From contig CBINIO010000001.1 in the NCBI GenBank assembly GCA_966250725.1, positions 1-38,315 of the forward strand: a stretch of DNA of 38,315 nt, read 5' to 3'. Source of the stretch: an uncultured Chitinophaga sp. Lineage in GTDB: Bacteria > Bacteroidota > Bacteroidia > Chitinophagales > Chitinophagaceae. Position 1 is the stretch's first letter, and each line of letters opens with the position of its first letter. This document shows positions 18,115 to 28,100 of this stretch, piece by piece. The translations under genes and the position numbers were made by a program. Below the pieces are notes generated by a model, which saw nothing but the letters and a program-made list of their open reading frames with translations, ran no database searches and was not told the origin of the DNA.

Positions 18115-19491
18115 ATGAAAAAATTATGCTTTTCCATCGGGCTGAGCCTTGCGGCGCTTTGCGCGCAGGCGCAGGTAAAGCCTTTCCAGCAGAACGACTG
18201 CGTGATATTCGTGGGCAACAGCATCACGGAGGCCGGCGCGTACGTGTCGTACATCTATCTCTATTACATGACGCATTTCCCCGGTAAAAAACTCGTGATA
18301 CTCAACGGCGGCATCGGCGGCGACAAAGCTTCCGACATCTACCGCCGCCTCGAGTACGACGTGCTCGCCAAAGATCCGAACGTGATCATCCTCACTTTCG
18401 GCATGAACGATACGGGCTATTTCGAATTTAACAACAGCGACGCGGACAAAACGGCCGCCGAAAGGATCACGGCGTCGCGTGCGAGTTATGAAAAGATCGA
18501 ACAACGTTTGCTAAAGCTGCCCGGTATTCAGAAAATACTGATGTCGTCTTCACCATACGACGAAACCGCCCGCATCGGCGGCAGCGTATTCCACGGCAAA
18601 AGCAAAGCCATGCTGGAAGTGGTGAAGTTCCAGGAAGCCGCCGCCAAACGCAACCACTGGCCGTTTACCGACCTCTTCCGCCCCATGACGGAAATGAACG
18701 AACGTTTGCAGCGGAAAGATTCCGCCTTCACCATGATCGGGCCGGACAGGGTGCACCCCGGCAATGCGGGGCATCTTGTAATGGCCTCGCTGTTCCTGGA
18801 AAGCCAGGGCCTGAGCGGCAAACCGGTGGCGGACGTGCGCATCGACGCAAAAGCAGGCAAGCTGAAGTCGGCCGAGAATTGCAGGATCAGCAAACTTTCT
18901 TCCGCCGTGGGTAAGGTCAGCTTTGATTATCTCGCCGCCTCGCTGCCTTTCCCCATCGATACCGTCGCGCGCATGTGGGGCAACAAGCAGAAACAATCCG
19001 ACGCGCTGCAATGGATGCCGTTCACCGACAAATTCAACCGCGAAATAATACAGGTGGAAGGTTTGCAGGCAGGTGAATACGACCTGCGGATAGATGGGCA
19101 CAGCGTCGGCAAATGGGCCGCCGCCGATTTCGCCAAAGGCATCAACCTTGCGACCGTGCAGGAAACGCCGCAGTACAAACAGGCAACGTCCATCATGCAG
19201 CTCAATCTCCGCCGCGCCGAAACGGAAGCCCGCCTGCGCCGTTATTTCTGGGTGCAGGGCAACTTCTTCGACAAAAGGAACATGCGCCAGCAGGACGATG
19301 CCGCCGCGCTGGACAGCATCCGCAAATACGCGAAGACCGACGGCATGCTGCGTTACCACGAAGAGAACTACGAAACGGCCATGTACAAAGAGCTGCGCGA
19401 TGTATGGCAGCAGGAGATAGACACCATCGTGAACCTGATCTATACTTTGAACAAACCCGCTGTTCACCGGGTAGAGATCGTAAAAATTTAA
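18115..19491 (+). CDS. SGNH/GDSL-family hydrolase (putative carbohydrate esterase)
   Basis: Signal peptide, block I FVGNSIT, block II NGGIGGD, block III FGMND, block V PDRVHPG. Confidence 0.88.
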   Translation: MKKLCFSIGLSLAALCAQAQVKPFQQNDCVIFVGNSITEAGAYVSYIYLYYMTHFPGKKLVILNGGIGGDKASDIYRRLEYDVLAKDPNVIILTFGMNDTGYFEFNNSDADKTAAERITASRASYEKIEQRLLKLPGIQKILMSSSPYDETARIGGSVFHGKSKAMLEVVKFQEAAAKRNHWPFTDLFRPMTEMNERLQRKDSAFTMIGPDRVHPGNAGHLVMASLFLESQGLSGKPVADVRIDAKAGKLKSAENCRISKLSSAVGKVSFDYLAASLPFPIDTVARMWGNKQKQSDALQWMPFTDKFNREIIQVEGLQAGEYDLRIDGHSVGKWAAADFAKGINLATVQETPQYKQATSIMQLNLRRAETEARLRRYFWVQGNFFDKRNMRQQDDAAALDSIRKYAKTDGMLRYHEENYETAMYKELRDVWQQEIDTIVNLIYTLNKPAVHRVEIVKI

Positions 19492-19495
19492 AGAC

Positions 19496-21802
19496 GTGAG
19501 AACCACCGCAACGATATTTTTTCTTTCCGCCTTTTCCATGACCGCCATCGCGCAGGGGCCGGCCGCTTATGTGAACCCGTTCATCGGCGCCAGCACCAGC
19601 GAAGGCGCGGCGGGCATATACCACGGCCTCGGCAAAACTTTTCCCGGCGCCGCCACGCCTTTCGGGATGGTGCAGCTTAGTCCCAACACCATCACCGGCG
19701 GCGACAACGGTTCCGGCTACAGCTACGAGCACACCAGCATCGAAGGTTTTGCCTTTACGCAAATGAGCGGCATCGGCTGGTACGGCGATCTCGGGAATTT
19801 TCTCGTCATGCCCGTCACCGGCCCCTTACAGACCTCCGCGGGCAGGCCGCGGCACCCGGAAGAAGGTTACCGTTCCGCCTATTCCAAAAAAGCGGAAAAG
19901 GCCGCAGCCGGTTATTATTCCGTTCAGCTTACCGAACATAACATCAAAGCCGAAATGACGGCCGCGCCGCATAGCGGCATCATGCGTTTTACATTCCCGA
20001 AGCACAGCCGGTCGCGCATACAGATCGACCTGGCGCGCAGGGTAGGCGGCACGTCCACCTGGCAGGAAGTAAAAGTGATCGACGACCATACCATCGCCGG
20101 GTACATGCGCTGCACGCCCGATGGCGGCGGCTGGGGCAACGGCGACGGGAAAGGGAACTACACCGTGTATTTTTACGCGCAGTTCAGCAAACCGCTTGTA
20201 CAGTACGGCGTGTGGAGCGCCGATATTCCCGCCAGCTGGACGCGTAAACGCGAAGACATTGAAAGCGACCGTTACCGCGAACGGGTGGCGCAGGCCGCCG
20301 TTTTGCCCGGTGCAAAAGAAAGATCCGGCAAACACCTCGGCTTTTACACCGAGTTCCCCACCACCGCCGGGGAAGAAGTGCTCATGAAAGCAGGCATTTC
20401 CTTCGTAAGCATCGACGGCGCAAAAAACAACCTGGAAACGGAAATAAAAGACTGGAACTTCGACCGTGTGCGCGAACAGGCCACCCGGCTTTGGAACGAA
20501 GCACTTGGGAAGATGACCGTTTCCGGCGGTACGGAAGACGAAAAGAAAGTGTTCTACACCGCGCTGTACCATACGATGATAGACCCGCGCATCTTTTCCG
20601 ACGTGGACGGCAGATATACCGGCGGCGACGGCAAGGCGCATGAAACGGGCAGCTTCAGCAAACGCACCATCTTCAGCGGCTGGGACGTATTCCGCAGCCA
20701 GATGCCTTTGCAGACCATCATCAACCCGCGCGTGGTGAACGACATGATCAATTCGCTGGTGACGCTGGCAGATGAAACCGGCAACCATTACCTGGAACGC
20801 TGGGAATTCCTGAACGCTTACAGCGGCTGCATGATCGGCAACCCCGCCGTATCCGTGATCGCGGACGCATGGCAAAAAGGCATCCGCGGGTTTGATGCGG
20901 AGAAAGCCTATGCCTATGCGAAAAATTCCGTGGAGAAGTTCGGCAACGGCGCCAAAGGATATTCCACCGGCGGCCTCAGCGTATCGCTGACGCTGGAGTA
21001 CGCCTACTTCGACTGGTGCCTCGGCAAATTCGCCGGCTCGCTGGGCAAACGGGAAGACGAAAAATTATACCTCGCGCGCGGCGGCAATTACCGCAACGTG
21101 TTTAACGCGGAAAAAGGCTGGTTCCGCCCGAGGAACGACGACGGCAGCTGGCAGCAGTGGCCGGAGGACGGGCGCATGCGGCAGGGTTACGGCACCATCG
21201 AGAGCAGTCCTTACCAGCAGGGCTGGTTCGTGCCGCAGGACGTGCCCGGTATGGTGGCGCTCATGGGCGGCCGTGAAAAAGTGCTGGCCGATCTGACGGA
21301 CTTTTTTGAAAAAGTGCCCGAAAACATGATGTGGAACGACTATTACAACCACGCCAACGAGCCCGTGCATCATGCGCCGTTCCTTTTTAACCGCCTGGGC
21401 GCGCCCTGGCTGACGCAGCGCTGGACGCGCGAGATCTGCGCGCGGGCGTACCGCAATTCCGTGGAAGGACTGGTAGGTAATGAAGACGTGGGCCAGATGT
21501 CAGCCTGGTACGTGCTCGCCGCCAGCGGCCTGCATCCTGTATGTCCCGGCAGCACGCGGTACGAGATCACCAGCCCGGTATTCGACAGCGTGGAGATCGC
21601 GCTGGACCCGGCTTATGCCGAGGGGAAAAAGTTTACCGTCAGCACCCGCAACAATTCCCCCGGAAACCGCTACATCCAGCGCGCCTGGCTCAACGGCAAG
21701 CCGTATGCGCACTGTTACATCGATCATGCCGCCATTGCCGCGGGAGGCACGCTGCTGCTGGAAATGGGGGAAGAGCCGGCAAAGGATTGGGGGATCCGGT
21801 AA
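19496..21802 (+). CDS. Glycoside hydrolase family 92 alpha-mannosidase (second clade)
   Basis: GTG start and signal peptide. Motifs GKTFPGAATPFGMVQLSP, FYTALYH, FSGWDVFRS, SLTLEYAY, YNHANEPVHH and GNEDVGQMSAWY. Confidence 0.93.
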   Translation: MRTTATIFFLSAFSMTAIAQGPAAYVNPFIGASTSEGAAGIYHGLGKTFPGAATPFGMVQLSPNTITGGDNGSGYSYEHTSIEGFAFTQMSGIGWYGDLGNFLVMPVTGPLQTSAGRPRHPEEGYRSAYSKKAEKAAAGYYSVQLTEHNIKAEMTAAPHSGIMRFTFPKHSRSRIQIDLARRVGGTSTWQEVKVIDDHTIAGYMRCTPDGGGWGNGDGKGNYTVYFYAQFSKPLVQYGVWSADIPASWTRKREDIESDRYRERVAQAAVLPGAKERSGKHLGFYTEFPTTAGEEVLMKAGISFVSIDGAKNNLETEIKDWNFDRVREQATRLWNEALGKMTVSGGTEDEKKVFYTALYHTMIDPRIFSDVDGRYTGGDGKAHETGSFSKRTIFSGWDVFRSQMPLQTIINPRVVNDMINSLVTLADETGNHYLERWEFLNAYSGCMIGNPAVSVIADAWQKGIRGFDAEKAYAYAKNSVEKFGNGAKGYSTGGLSVSLTLEYAYFDWCLGKFAGSLGKREDEKLYLARGGNYRNVFNAEKGWFRPRNDDGSWQQWPEDGRMRQGYGTIESSPYQQGWFVPQDVPGMVALMGGREKVLADLTDFFEKVPENMMWNDYYNHANEPVHHAPFLFNRLGAPWLTQRWTREICARAYRNSVEGLVGNEDVGQMSAWYVLAASGLHPVCPGSTRYEITSPVFDSVEIALDPAYAEGKKFTVSTRNNSPGNRYIQRAWLNGKPYAHCYIDHAAIAAGGTLLLEMGEEPAKDWGIR

Positions 21803-21822
21803 AAAAATTCCTGCCGGCAATG

Positions 21823-21846
21823 GCGGTATCCTCTTTTTGAGGTGTC
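21823..21846 (+). promoter_or_regulatory. Candidate ECF-sigma promoter, copy 3 (GCGGT-N14-GTGTC), upstream of the second Sus cassette
   Basis: GGCGGTATCCTCTTTTTGAGGTGTC is closely similar to copy 2 (GGAGGTAGACCGTTTTTCAGGTGTC). It sits in the only large intergenic gap of the PUL. Confidence 0.6.
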
Positions 21847-21889
21847 ATTACAGGTAGGGACAATAGTAACTGAACCAAAATTATTTAGC

Positions 21890-21941
21890 GTTACGGGCCG
21901 CTGCGCCGTGGAAGGAAACCTTTTACGGCCGGTCCCGTAAC
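21890..21941 (+). other. Nested stem-loop in the putative 5' leader of the second Sus cassette
   Basis: GTTACGGG/CCCGTAAC outer stem, CCG/CGG, and GCCGTGGAAGG-AAA-CCTTTTACGGC inner stem, followed by CTTCTTT. Confidence 0.6.
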
Positions 21942-21997
21942 CTTCTTTGACCAAATTTTTATCACCAAAAGCGGAACGCTTCCACGTATTTAACGTT

Positions 21998-23710
21998 ATG
22001 ACAAAGAAATTCACGTTCGCTGCTCCTGCATGCCTGTGCCTGGGAATGTTTCTTTTGATTTCCTGCGGGAAAAAGAATTTCCTCGACCAGACGGAAACCA
22101 CCAACCTGAACGAGCAGACCGTATTTGCGGACAGCGCCCGGACAGTGGCCTTCCTCACCAACATTTACATAGACATCGGGTTTGCCGAAAGCGCCACGCG
22201 TTTTGGCAACGGCGGCCTGGACGCCGCCTGCGACGAGGCCGAGCCGCAGAAGTCGGCCAACGTCACCACGTCCATCCAGTTCGCGACGGGTACGGTCAAC
22301 CCGAGCATCATCAGCAACGACGCCTGGAACCTGCCTTATACCAATATCCGCAGGGTGAACCAGCTGCTGAAACATCTGCCTTCGTCGCCCATTCCGCCGC
22401 ATATCCGCAATGTGATGACGGCCGAAGCGCGTTTCCTGCGGGCATGGTATTACGCCATCCTGCTGAAACATTACGGCGGCGTGCCTTTGCTGGGCGACAC
22501 CGTGTACGACGTAACGGACAAGATACCGGCCGTGCGCAACACTTACGAGGAATGCGTGAACTACATCGTATCCGAATGTGACGCTGCCGCCGCATCGCTG
22601 CCGCTGGTAAGGATACGGGAAGATTACGGCCGGGCGAGCGGCGCCGCCGCGCTGGCGCTCAAAGCCAGGGTGCTGCTGTTTGCCGCCAGCCCGCTGTTCA
22701 ACGGCGGCGGCGTAGAGCCGGAAAACCCGCTCACCGGTTACACCAATGCAGACCCCGAACGCTGGAAGCTCGCCGCCGACGCGGCGCAGGTGGTCATGAA
22801 CACCGAGGCGTTTTCGCTGTACGAAGACAATGCCACCGCTCCCGGTTACGGGTTCTATAAGTTATTCACGCTTCGCGTGAACACGGAATACATCCTCGCC
22901 AAAATGCAGGGCGGCAACCGCGAGCTGGAAAGCGCCTGGCAGCCGCCGTCGCGCAACGGGGCGAAGGGCGGTTTCCCTTACCAGGAATTTGTGGACGCGT
23001 TCGGCATGGCGAACGGCAAAGCCATCACCGATCCCGCTTCCGGCTATGATGCGAACGATCCGTACAAAGACCGCGACCCCCGGCTGGCTTACTCCGTGAT
23101 CCGCGACCAGATGCCGCTGATACAGAACACCGGTCTGAAAGAGCCCGTCAACATCTACCTCGGCCCCGACGGCAAAGGCGTAAGCCAGGACGCCGTACAC
23201 GCCGGCACGCCCACCGGTTATTACACCAACAAAATGCTCGACGAAAATATCGCGGCCAACTTCATCCACGGCAGCAACCGCTGCTTCCCGCTGATGCGCT
23301 ACGCGGAAGTGCTGCTCAACTTCGCCGAAGCGGCCAACGAATACGCCGCCAACCCTACCCAGGAAGTGTACGACGCCGTGGAGCTGGTACGCAAACGCGC
23401 CGGCCTCATGCCTTACGAATTGCCGGACGATCTCACGAAAGACCAGATGCGCGAGGCCATCCGTGCGGAACGCAGGGTGGAGCTGGCATTCGAAGGTCAC
23501 CGCTTCTGGGATGTGAGACGCTGGAAGATCGCCATGCAGACGGAGAACAAACAAATGAACGGCATGGAGATCACCCGAAGCGGCAGCGGCGTAACGTACC
23601 GGATCTTCCCCGTGCGCAAGCACAACTTCCGCGAAGCCATGTACCTCTGGGCCATCCCGCAGGGCGAAACCGCGAAATCCCCCGAGCTGAAACAAAATCC
23701 TTCCTGGTAA
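21998..23710 (+). CDS. susD: SusD/RagB lipoprotein
   Basis: Lipobox LLISC, AEARFLRAWYY, HYGGVP, AALALKARVLLFAASPLFN, RDPRL, RYAEVLLNFAEA, ERRVELAFEGHRFWDVRRWK, QNPSW. Start placed at ATG21998. Confidence 0.95.
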   Translation: MTKKFTFAAPACLCLGMFLLISCGKKNFLDQTETTNLNEQTVFADSARTVAFLTNIYIDIGFAESATRFGNGGLDAACDEAEPQKSANVTTSIQFATGTVNPSIISNDAWNLPYTNIRRVNQLLKHLPSSPIPPHIRNVMTAEARFLRAWYYAILLKHYGGVPLLGDTVYDVTDKIPAVRNTYEECVNYIVSECDAAAASLPLVRIREDYGRASGAAALALKARVLLFAASPLFNGGGVEPENPLTGYTNADPERWKLAADAAQVVMNTEAFSLYEDNATAPGYGFYKLFTLRVNTEYILAKMQGGNRELESAWQPPSRNGAKGGFPYQEFVDAFGMANGKAITDPASGYDANDPYKDRDPRLAYSVIRDQMPLIQNTGLKEPVNIYLGPDGKGVSQDAVHAGTPTGYYTNKMLDENIAANFIHGSNRCFPLMRYAEVLLNFAEAANEYAANPTQEVYDAVELVRKRAGLMPYELPDDLTKDQMREAIRAERRVELAFEGHRFWDVRRWKIAMQTENKQMNGMEITRSGSGVTYRIFPVRKHNFREAMYLWAIPQGETAKSPELKQNPSW

Positions 23711-23721
23711 AATTCAACGAC

Positions 23722-24153
23722 ATGAAATTAACGCTCCCGATATGTTTGCTGATGACGCTGTCGCTGGTGATCGGCGCCTGCAAACAAAAAGAAATACTGG
23801 TGCCGGAACACACAAAAGACATCAGCGGCGAATGGCGCATCGTAAAAGCCGTGCGCAACGACGTGGACATCACAGCGCTGGCGGACTTTACAAAATTCAG
23901 GATACGCTTCACCGCGGACCAATACAGCATCGAAAATCCCCTGCCGTTCCTCGTGACAAAAAACGGCACGTATTCGCTGGACGATCCGAAATACCCGTTC
24001 AGGATCACCTTTTCCCAAACGGGCGGCGGCGGGCCGGTAAGCTCCAGTTTCACCTACCCGGTGGTGAACGGGAAACGCAACATGAACTTCTCGTTCAGTC
24101 CCGGCTGCGCTTCCAATACTTACGTGTACACGCTTGAAAAAGTGAATCCCTAA
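23722..24153 (+). CDS. Small PUL lipoprotein, DUF5004-like
   Basis: 143 aa. Lipobox VIGAC, DISGEWRIVKAVRNDVDIT and GTYSLDDPKYP. Family recalled from motif and context, not searched. Confidence 0.7.
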   Translation: MKLTLPICLLMTLSLVIGACKQKEILVPEHTKDISGEWRIVKAVRNDVDITALADFTKFRIRFTADQYSIENPLPFLVTKNGTYSLDDPKYPFRITFSQTGGGGPVSSSFTYPVVNGKRNMNFSFSPGCASNTYVYTLEKVNP

Positions 24154-24172
24154 CCAGACACAAACACAAAAC

Positions 24173-25135
24173 ATGAGAAAATATTTATACGGCGTAATCC
24201 TGTTGCTGGTAGTGCTGGCGAGCTGCGTGTTCCTCGATTCCATCGACCAGCCGCTGACGTCCAAAGCAGGGGAAGAGCTGACCATCGTGATGCACAACCG
24301 CATCGACGTGGCGGACGGCGGGCGCAGCAATGTAAGGCTGATCATCGGCTTCCTCGCGCCTAAAAGCTGGGCGGCCGCTACGAACACCACTATCACGTTC
24401 ACGACGACGTCTTACGGGGACGGGAAAATGGTTCCGGTGCCTTCGACGGTAAGCCCCGGCAGCGGCAAAACCTGGCCCGACGCGCTGAAGGACCGTTTCG
24501 GCATGGGCGGCAATTACAGGACGGACGAGATGGAATGGGTCGTGTTCTGGACGGAGCAGGCTTACAACGTGCCGCAGGGCGTGAAAGAAAATATCGACGT
24601 CACCATCAAAACGATCCCCGGCATGCAGAACCTCCAGTTCAAGACCGGTTATTTCCTCGGTACCAGCTCCGAAGGGCTCAGCGATGTATTTGGTTCCAAC
24701 AACGTGTACAAAAGCATGTTCAAAGACTGCTTTACCATCACCGACGGCGAAGGCGACCTGATCGATTTCTGCAACCCGCAGATCGCCGCGGTTACGCCGG
24801 GCATGGCTACGGACAACGACTTCCTCACCCTCAGCTTCGACCCCGATGTAGTGCCTACCGCGCTGGACGGCGTGGGCGACATCTATCTCTGCGCCAAAGG
24901 TTTTACCACCGGCGGGCAGGAGCTGGACGCCTGCGCGCAAACCGACGCTACGAAGCTGAAAGCGTACACCGGCAACAAATCCGCCATCACTTTCTGGCCG
25001 CGCGCATTTTTTAATCTGCAGGAAGGGCAGACGCTGGAAAAGATCGAATACTTTTTCACGGATGGCACCGGTACTGTGAAAGTCGGCTACAGCAACACCG
25101 CCGCGCCGTTCGTGTACACTTTCAAATGCCAATAA
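24173..25135 (+). CDS. PUL lipoprotein, DUF4961-like (putative surface glycan-binding protein)
   Basis: 320 aa. Lipobox VLASC, beta-rich with exposed Trp residues (PKSW, TWPDALK, EWVVFW). Lies between a DUF5004-like gene and susC. Confidence 0.65.
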   Translation: MRKYLYGVILLLVVLASCVFLDSIDQPLTSKAGEELTIVMHNRIDVADGGRSNVRLIIGFLAPKSWAAATNTTITFTTTSYGDGKMVPVPSTVSPGSGKTWPDALKDRFGMGGNYRTDEMEWVVFWTEQAYNVPQGVKENIDVTIKTIPGMQNLQFKTGYFLGTSSEGLSDVFGSNNVYKSMFKDCFTITDGEGDLIDFCNPQIAAVTPGMATDNDFLTLSFDPDVVPTALDGVGDIYLCAKGFTTGGQELDACAQTDATKLKAYTGNKSAITFWPRAFFNLQEGQTLEKIEYFFTDGTGTVKVGYSNTAAPFVYTFKCQ

Positions 25136-25161
25136 TCACCATCGTTCCAAAAACTGATACA

Positions 25162-28100
25162 ATGGCTCACAGCTACTTCAAACAATATATTTCAGTCTTC
25201 GCCTGTTTTATGCTCGCGTTTTGCGGGAGCGTGCAGGCGCAAACGCCGGGGAATGTTTCCGGCCAGCTGGCGGACAGCTACGGTCAGCCGGTGGCGGGGG
25301 CTTCCATCGTCGTAAAGGGCACTACCGACAGCACCAGCAGCGACGCCGCGGGGAGATTCACCCTGCAGGCGGCAGCGAACAACATTCTCGTTATTCAGTA
25401 TCCCGGTTATTATACCATCGAATATAAAGTGCGCGACGCCAGGGCGGTGAACCTGCGGATGGAGGAGCAATACATTCCTTCGCCGGAGCGCATCCCGGTG
25501 TTGTACGGGGAAGCGTCTCCCCGCAGCATGGTCGGCGCCGTGGGCACGGTGTATACCAACCAGCTGTCCACCACTCCCGCCACCCTGTACGCCTACGCGC
25601 TGCCGGGAAGGCTGGCGGGGCTTTATACGCAGCAGGGAAGCGGTTTCCGCAGCCCCGGTATTTCGGATAATTTCGACATCGACATTTTCATCGGCAACAT
25701 TCCCAAGCCCGGCGCCATGGAGCCGAACGACAATACCGAGATCGGGCTGCTGCTGCGCGGGCAGGTGCCGGTAACCATCGTGGACGGCGTGCAGCGCGAC
25801 GTTTTTTCGATAGATCCTGAAAACATCGAATCCATTTCGGTGCTGAAAGACGGATTGTCCACCCTCATGCTCGGCCAGCGCAGCTCGCGCGGCGTGCTGC
25901 TGGTGACCACGAAACGCGCCCGTGCGGGAAAACCGCGCGTGTCCTTCACCGCGCAAACCGGCGTGCAGCAATCGCTCAAGCTGCCAAAACCTTTGCCGGC
26001 CTGGCAATACGCCTACCTGCTGAACGAAGCCTTGCAGAACGACGGGGAAGAGCCTTTATTCGACGAAGCCGATTTTAAAGCCTTCCGCGATCATTCCAAC
26101 CCGTACACCCATCCCGATGTGAACTGGTACGACCAGATACTCCGCGACAACGCGCCTTTGTCCCGCTACAACCTCAACATCAACGGCGGCGGCAAAGTGG
26201 CCCGCTATTCCGTTTCGCTTAACTATACCGATCAGCAGGGCATGTTCAAAACCGCTCCCGGGGCCACTTACAACACCAATGCCGGGCTGAAGCGATATCT
26301 CATCAACACGGACGTAAGCATCGACGTTACCGAGAACCTCAACGTAGGCATGCAGCTTTTCGGCCGCCTGCAGGAAGGCACGCAGCCGGGCGCTACCACC
26401 GCGGACATCCTTTCCACCCTGATCGCCACACCCAACAGCGCATATCCCGTGTACAATCCGAACGGCAGCTGGGGCGGCACCAACAACCTCACCAGCAACC
26501 TGCTGTCCAAAACGATCAACAGCGGTTATATACAGGACAACAGCAAGGACGTGATGGCAAATGTTGACCTGCGTTACGATCTCGGCGACTGGCTGCCCGG
26601 CCTGTCCGTAAAAGGCAAAGGCAATTTGTCCATTCAATCCGCCAACGCCATCAACCGCAGCAAGCAGGAGCTGGTGTACCGCATGGAAGCAACGCCGGAT
26701 GATACTATCTACAACAAATACGGCAGCGCTATCGCGCAGCGGAACAATTTTGTGTCCGTGTTCAACGCGCAATATTTTTTCGGTCAGGTTTCGCTGAACT
26801 ACGACCGGCAATTCGGTCTTCACGGCCTCAGCGCCGCGGTGCTGGCGGACAGCAGGCAAACGATCTTTAACTACGACCTTCCCGGCAAAGCCGTGAACAT
26901 TTCCGGCAAAGCGGCTTACAACTACGCGAATAAATATTTTATTGAAGGAGCGGTCAACCGCAGCGGCTACAACCGTTATGTACCCGGCAGGCAATACGGC
27001 ACCTTCTTTGGCGCCGGTGTTGGCTGGGACCTTGCGCAGGAAAATTTCCTGAAGGGAAGCGCCGGCTGGCTCGACCAGCTGAAGCTGAGAGGCACATACG
27101 CGCATACCGGCAATGGCATCGACAACTCCGGCTATTATATCTGGCGGCAGGCGTTCAGTGAGAACAACGGCGTGGGCGGCGGCATCTATTCGCAAGGCAC
27201 CGTGCGTTCCCCCGCTTCGGGCTTCCAGGAGAACGGCCTCGCCAATGTGAATATTTCCTGGGAAACCGCGAAGAAGCTGGATGTAGGATTGGACGTTTCC
27301 CTCTTCAGCAACCGCCTGCGGATCACCGGCGATTATTACCGCGACCGTTACGAGAACCTGTTGCAGATAAGAGGCAAAAGCATCGCCTTGTCCGGCGCGG
27401 CCTACCCGCCCGAGAACATCGGCATCAATCTTTACCAGGGCGGCGAGCTGACCCTTACCTGGCAGGGCCGTGTGAACGCCTTCAATTATTTTATCACCGC
27501 CAACGGCAGCATCGAGCAGAGCGAAGTGATCTTTATGGACGAGCAGCGCCGCGAATATGAATGGAACAAAAGAACGGGCCAGCCCGTAGGCATGCGCTTC
27601 GGTTATATCGCGGACGGCTTTTTCCAGTCGGAAGAAGAAGCCGCGGGCAGCGCCAGCATTGCAGGCTACGACCCCATCCCCGGCGATATCCGGTACAAGG
27701 ACCTCAACGGCGACGGCGACATCAACCAGTTCGACGAAGCGCCGATCGGTACATACAAACCACGCATTTATTACGGCGTCAACTTTGGTTTTTCCTGGAA
27801 AGGCATCGAAGCGAGTGCGCTGCTGCAGGGTGTGGCCAACCGTATGAACTACGTCGCCAATTTCGCCACGGAAGCCGGTTTCCAGTTCCTGAACTTCACA
27901 TACGGCCAGGCGTACGAGCAGATCACCGGCCGCTGGACGCCGGAAACCGCCGCCACGGCTACTTACCCGAGACTGACCGCGGACGCGAACCACAATTATA
28001 ACAAAGCGAGCTCCTCCTTCTGGATGCATGACGGCAGCTACTTCCGGTTGAAGAACGTGAGCGTCGCCTACAACCTGCCTTACCGCTGGACAAGCCGCCT

